Shown piece by piece: positions 58,783 to 64,000 of a stretch of 64,000 nucleotides of DNA (its first letter is position 1; every line of letters begins with the position of its first letter). The stretch comes from Veleropilina oligotropha (taxonomy: Eukaryota), in the NCBI GenBank assembly GCA_048128005.1, contig JBEUKZ010000045.1:1-64000 (forward strand), read 5' to 3'. Made by a program: the position numbers and the translations under genes. The notes below the pieces were generated by a model. That model saw nothing but the letters and a program-made list of their open reading frames with translations, had not been told where the DNA came from and ran no database searches.

Positions 58783-59469
58783 AGTCCCGTTTACACTACC
58801 AAATATTAGCCGGTGTGTGTCGACGCAAATAAATCGACTTGAAGCGACATAAAATGTTCCACATTCTGATGTGGTTTGAAACCGGCTTAAATATTTTAAT
58901 ATTCATCTTGTAGTGTCAACGCTCAAGTAACTTGGAACCGGTTTTCTTTGAATCGTGTGTATGCATATGCAGTGTGATCGTTTATCTCGATACACGCCTG
59001 CGCACATGATTTGGCCTATTAAGATAACAAGGTGTTAACACCCAGGGAGTTGCGTGTGTACTAATTGGCTCGAAACCAGCTTATTTTAATTCGCATTATA
59101 TTTGTAGTGTGAACGGGGCTTTATATTGGCGTGTGTAACGCCAATGAGTCGACTGGAAGTTGGAACCGGCTTAAAATGATCCACCTCCTGATATGGTTTG
59201 AAACCGGCTTAAATATTTTAATCCGACTCATTTTGTAGTGTTAACGCTCAAGTGACTTCGTATCGGTTTGCCTCGCTTTAAGTCGTGTGTATGCACATGC
59301 TTCTATCGATGCGCGCATGCGCACGTGACTTGGACCTGTTGAGCCGACCTACGATTACAAGGTGATAACACCCACATAAATAATCTGTAATTGCGTGTTA
59401 ACGCAAATTAAGCCGGTTCGAAACCGACTTACTTTAATGCGTATTATATTTGGTAGTGAAAACGGGGCT
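58783..59469. mobile_element. MITE with a partial tandem copy (Harbinger-like TIR)
   Basis: agtcccgtttacactac...gtagtgtgaacggggct (ends ~59120). A second partial unit ends gtagtgaaaacggggct. Confidence 0.6.
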
Positions 59470-59499
59470 GTATACAATGAAGATCTGCCTTTCATCAAC

Positions 59500-62400
59500 T
59501 GTTCAGTTATAAATGAACACAACGAAATTGAAGCATGATTCAAATACAACGCAAAATTTGACGTGGTCAGATGATATCAACAAGATTAATTTATTCAGAT
59601 CTGATATAGAAAATATTATCCCTGAACTAAACACGTTATTAAACTCGTTTCAGGATGGTATTACAGATATTGATGCCACTGTTATAAATATATCTGAATT
59701 ATTTATTATACAATACGGCATATAAAACCGTTGGTAAAACAATTACTCATAAATCTCATATCCGGCGCAAAATATCTAAAAAGTTAATATCTCCATGGTT
59801 TGCTGATCGATGCAGAAAAACTAAATCCGATTTCAAAACTGTCAAGATTCATTTTTATAGAGAAAATAATAATGTCAATAGAGCTAATTTGGTTGCTGCT
59901 AGACGAATATATAATAAAGCAAAAGTGTCTGCCCAGAAAATTTATAATAGCAACGAAAGGTCTAATATAGTAGAATTAGCCAAATCTAATCCAAAGGAAT
60001 TTTGGAAAAAAATTAAGAAGCGTAACTGTAAGAGGCAAGATAACAGCCCCAGCGTTAATGCGTTTGGAACCCATGTTAAGAGCGTTTATAGTAATGAAAA
60101 CTCTTAATGAATCGTTTGGAAAGTAATAGCATTCCAGATCATGATAATGGTATAAATGCGTTAAATGCCAACATCACATCCGAAGAGGTTTATTCTGCTA
60201 TAAGAAAATTAAAGAGGAATAAAGCTGGAGGATTGGATAGTTTAATCAGTGAAACATTTTTAGACGCTAAAGACCTAATATCACCTTTGGTTGCAAAGTT
60301 ATACAACTTCATGTATGACAAATGCGTATATCTTGAATGTTGGTCTAAAAGTGTTATAATTCCGATTCCAAAAAAGGTAATCTAACTGACGTCAACAATT
60401 ATCGGGGTATAACCTTGATAAGTGTGTTCAATAAAATATTTTCGAAAATTCTCAATGATAGACTATATAAATGGGCTGAGGAATCGAGCACACTCTCTAA
60501 TGAACAGTTCGGTTTCAGGAAACATTGATCGACAATTGATTATTTATTTATTTTAAAATCTAAAGTTACGGAAGCTATAAATTGGAAAGAAAAACTGTAT
60601 GCAGCATTTATTGATTTCAAAAAGGCATTTGATTTAATTTACAGAGATGCAATCTGGTTCAAGCTTCTTGCAAGTGGTACATCAACTAAATTCGTTCGAT
60701 TTGTCAGGGAGACGTATAAGTCTGTAAAATGTCGTATAAATCACAATGGGTGCATTTCAGATTTATTTGAAAGTCAATCTGGCGTCAAGAAAGGTGAACC
60801 ACTATCTCCTTTGCTCTTTTTGATGTTTATTAATGATCTCACAGATAATCTTTCCGATAATAATGAATTATTTAATCTCACATGTTTTGTCTACTCTTTG
60901 CGGACGATATAGCCGTGTTCGCGATAAGCCCCCAGAAATTACAAATTTTACTTAATAAACTAGAAATATATTGTTCTAAATGGAATATTAGCGTGAATAC
61001 AAATAAAACCAAAGTCACGACCTTCACCAAAGGTGGTGTCAATATGAACAATGAATGGTTCTATGGGAACGAAAAATTGGAGGAGGTCAACTCATTTAAT
61101 TATCTTGGATTGACGTTCAATAAGAACGGCAAGTTTCAAACAGCATGATTGAACCTATAATACTCTATGGCGCTGAGGTGTGGGGATTTGAAATTTAAAG
61201 GAACTAGATAAATTTCAATTGAAATTTTACAGAAATATACTTTGTACAAAAAAATAGCACAAATAGTAGCGAAATATTCGGAGAATTGGGAGAGTTACCA
61301 ACCACTAAGTGTAATTTGTCAAATTAAACTGATTAAATTTTGGAATAAAATATTATCAGAAAGGAACTCTCTGCTTCATAACGAATATGTAAATGAAATA
61401 AATATGTCGTCCAACAACTCATGGTCAACTTCAATGAAAACACTCTTACTTAATATTGGTTACGGATATGTATCGAATAGTCAAAATGATACAGACTTTC
61501 GAATCCCCATTCAGAGTGTGATACAGCGTATTAAGGATTTGTATATACAAAAATGGCATTCTGATTTGAGTAGTAGTAGTAAACTTGATAAATATCGTTT
61601 TTTCAAACAACAATTCGAATTTGAACCTTATCTTGATATTTGTGATAAACAAAGTAGAATTGGCTTAATGCGTTTACGATGTAGCTCTCATTTTGGTTTG
61701 CCCAATGTATTTAGAATTAAGTAGAAAGTATTTTAAAAAGTATTTCTGTCACTGGCCAACTTTACCTAAATTTGTCTCTATGCTGCAAAATACCAACATA
61801 AGACATTTATTATCTTTAGGCAAATTCACAAAAAAGGCCAACCAATAAATGAACCACTCCAGAGGAACAATAGTAAACCGTACTATTCGACTCGTGTCGA
61901 TTTTTCAATCGTTTCGATATAAATTTCGTCATACGTCATCGCCTTGTAACAGAGCGAACAACGCAGAAACTGTTCATGGAAACGAACGAAAGCCTAATTA
62001 TAATATTCATGAACTAGACTAGAGTCTAAGATTGAGTGTCGAAGAGGGCCTCTGCGCCATCGGTGTATCTGATGTTGTTAATGATCTTCATATTGATATA
62101 ACGGCTCCATTGGTGACGTTACCAATATGTGTACTCCATGTCAGGTCGTTGGAGAACTGAATGCCCAGGTACGGGTTCTGTGTCACCGGTTTCATGACTG
62201 TGTTGTTAAATAAAATTTGTTTGGGTTTAGAAAGCACATTACTGTAACTCATATAAAAACCGATTGAAGTTGTCTTGTCCTCTATAACCTGCCCTGCTTC
62301 TTAAAATGCTCATCTAGGCGATTTTTAAATTGACCTTTGTGGAAAATTATGCACTATGTTCTCAATTGAAGATGAATATCACTTTTTACTCGTCTGCCCA

Positions 62401-62790
62401 GCTTATCGTAAACTGCGACCCAATTATTTTGCAAATTATTTTTGCCATTGGCCAAATATCCAAAAATTTACGTATATAATGCAAAACAAGGCTTATGCTA
62501 GAAGAGTGGGAAATTATTTAAATGCAACAAATAAGGAGAGAATAAAACTATTAGAAACTTTACCAATATGATTTATTTTCCTGGCTTCATTGACAAATGA
62601 AATATCACACATAAATATTTGTATCGTACGGTTACCAATACTCCTTTTCTTTTGTTTTAAATATGCTTACTGTCATTATATATTTGCTCTACCGAATCCG
62701 TTAACATATCTGCTTATATATTATGTATGTATAAAGGCATAACAGTGTACTCGCTTATGCTTAATAAAATGTACTACTTCTACTACTACA
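59500..62790 (+). mobile_element. Degenerate non-LTR retrotransposon, interrupted at ~61690-62350
   Basis: NPKEFWK, KAGGLD, NYRGITL, FIDFKKAFD, LLFADD, FNYLG and EDEYHFLLVCP; ends AATAAA plus a (TAC)n tail. Confidence 0.9.
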
Positions 62791-63644
62791 TAAACAAAGT
62801 TGATTTGAAGTAGGATAGTACTTACAGATGTAATTAACATTTTAACAATAAATTTTATCAGTTTAAAATATGTGTATTTACAGTACATTTTAAGAATATT
62901 TGAGGCGATAATATTTTGTTATATCAAGCAAAACGATGATACAATTTATAATGTATATGTATAGGGTATACCACGAGGTCTGGTTGTCTAATCGGAAAAG
63001 TCTGCAGTTAAAGCGATGCGCCGAGTTGTTTAACTGCAAAAGTGTACAATAATTTAAAATATATTATATTAATAACCTCATATACCCGTTTTTTGTACAA
63101 GAAAGTAGTCCCCTCTGGACTAACAGACACTATAATCAGTTAAACAACGGGCCAAGACAATATAATGACGTCATAAAAAGGTTTAAACATAGTTAAATGA
63201 AAATTCGCAGAGCATGACATGTGCGGATCCATGGGGGTGGGGAGGGGGGGGGGGGTGGTGCGTTGCGGACACGCACTATTTTTTACCATTTACAAATTTG
63301 ATGAAATATCGCGTTTTGCACTGTTAGAATGCAAGAGAGGGTGTTTTCACCGTTAATTATAAAAAAATTCACATTTGATAGGAATTCCTAAAATTTGGAC
63401 CCCACAATTTCCAAATCCTGCATCCGCCCCTATGACAAGCAGTAAATCGTAACAAATATCATACCTATGCGTTAAAAAATGGGTGGACTTCACAACATTC
63501 TCCGGAAAAGTAACATCATCTTGGAATTCTAAATCCAACATCCCACAGTCAAAATCTCTAAATTCAGAAAAATCATACATCGTCTTCGTCCTATTTCATG
63601 AAGAAGACCTAATATAAATTCTTGTTCTACTGTATCGTCTAAAT

Positions 63645-63810
63645 CGGTTAGACCATGTAACTCGTGAATATGCAGGATATACACAGTTTTTCACCACTGA
63701 TTAAGTGCGAAATATGGCCCGCACTCGAACAATGATCAGATTTCACACTTAATCAACAGTGGAAAACTGTGTCTATCCAGCATATACACTCTTTAGCATG
63801 GTCTAACCTA
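63645..63810. repeat. Long imperfect hairpin, probable head of another non-autonomous element
   Basis: ggttagaccatg...cacagtttt..ttaagtg pairs with cacttaa..aaaactgtg...catggtctaacc. Confidence 0.65.
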
Positions 63811-64000
63811 CATGTATTCATTCACATTCCGATCGAGCCTAAAATACTATACAGTCTGCTAAATGCCGTGGCCCTGTAACGTGGATATATAGTGCCATGA
63901 ACGTCGTACGCTTTTCGGTCACGATCCGTTGGACCATGTTGAATAGATGTTCTATGCAATTCATAGCGTTTCCTGTAACCGAGAATACCAGTGTTATACG

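Noticed and set aside
63353..63580. Acidic 75-aa ORF as a possible upstream SLC43 exon
   Set aside because: No TM character or SLC43 similarity; lies within repeat-like DNA.

Overview
AT-rich eukaryotic DNA, most likely from an invertebrate animal, judging by spliceosomal introns, tRNA-derived SINEs, LINEs and (TA)n. It carries the 3' eight exons of an SLC43-family transporter gene on the minus strand (58261 to 29008) and two complete, unrelated integrated dsDNA virus-like elements. Element A (6797-22652) is GC-rich, has ~280-bp imperfect TIRs, AGCAGCAG...CTGCTGCT ends and a 5-bp TSD (GAGAT). It is a Polinton-like virus encoding major and minor capsid proteins, a packaging ATPase, a DDE integrase and several membrane proteins. 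It also encodes a secreted Cys-rich, cystine-knot-like protein, a KAPA-repeat histone-H1-like peptide and, split by two frameshifts, a ~1280-aa replicase (vOTU-like, exonuclease-less PolB palm, SF1 helicase, HNH). No maturation protease was recognised in it. Element B (34678-50692; 683-bp TIRs, AGTAGT ends, 6-bp TSD TTTGTG) is a canonical, apparently intact Polinton/Maverick nested inside two other transposons within a 20.9-kb intron of the SLC43 gene. The rest is decayed mobile DNA: Penelope, two LINEs, Academ-like, HINE-like, MITEs, hairpin elements, SINEs and an 18-bp minisatellite. All family assignments come from motif reading by eye, with no database search.
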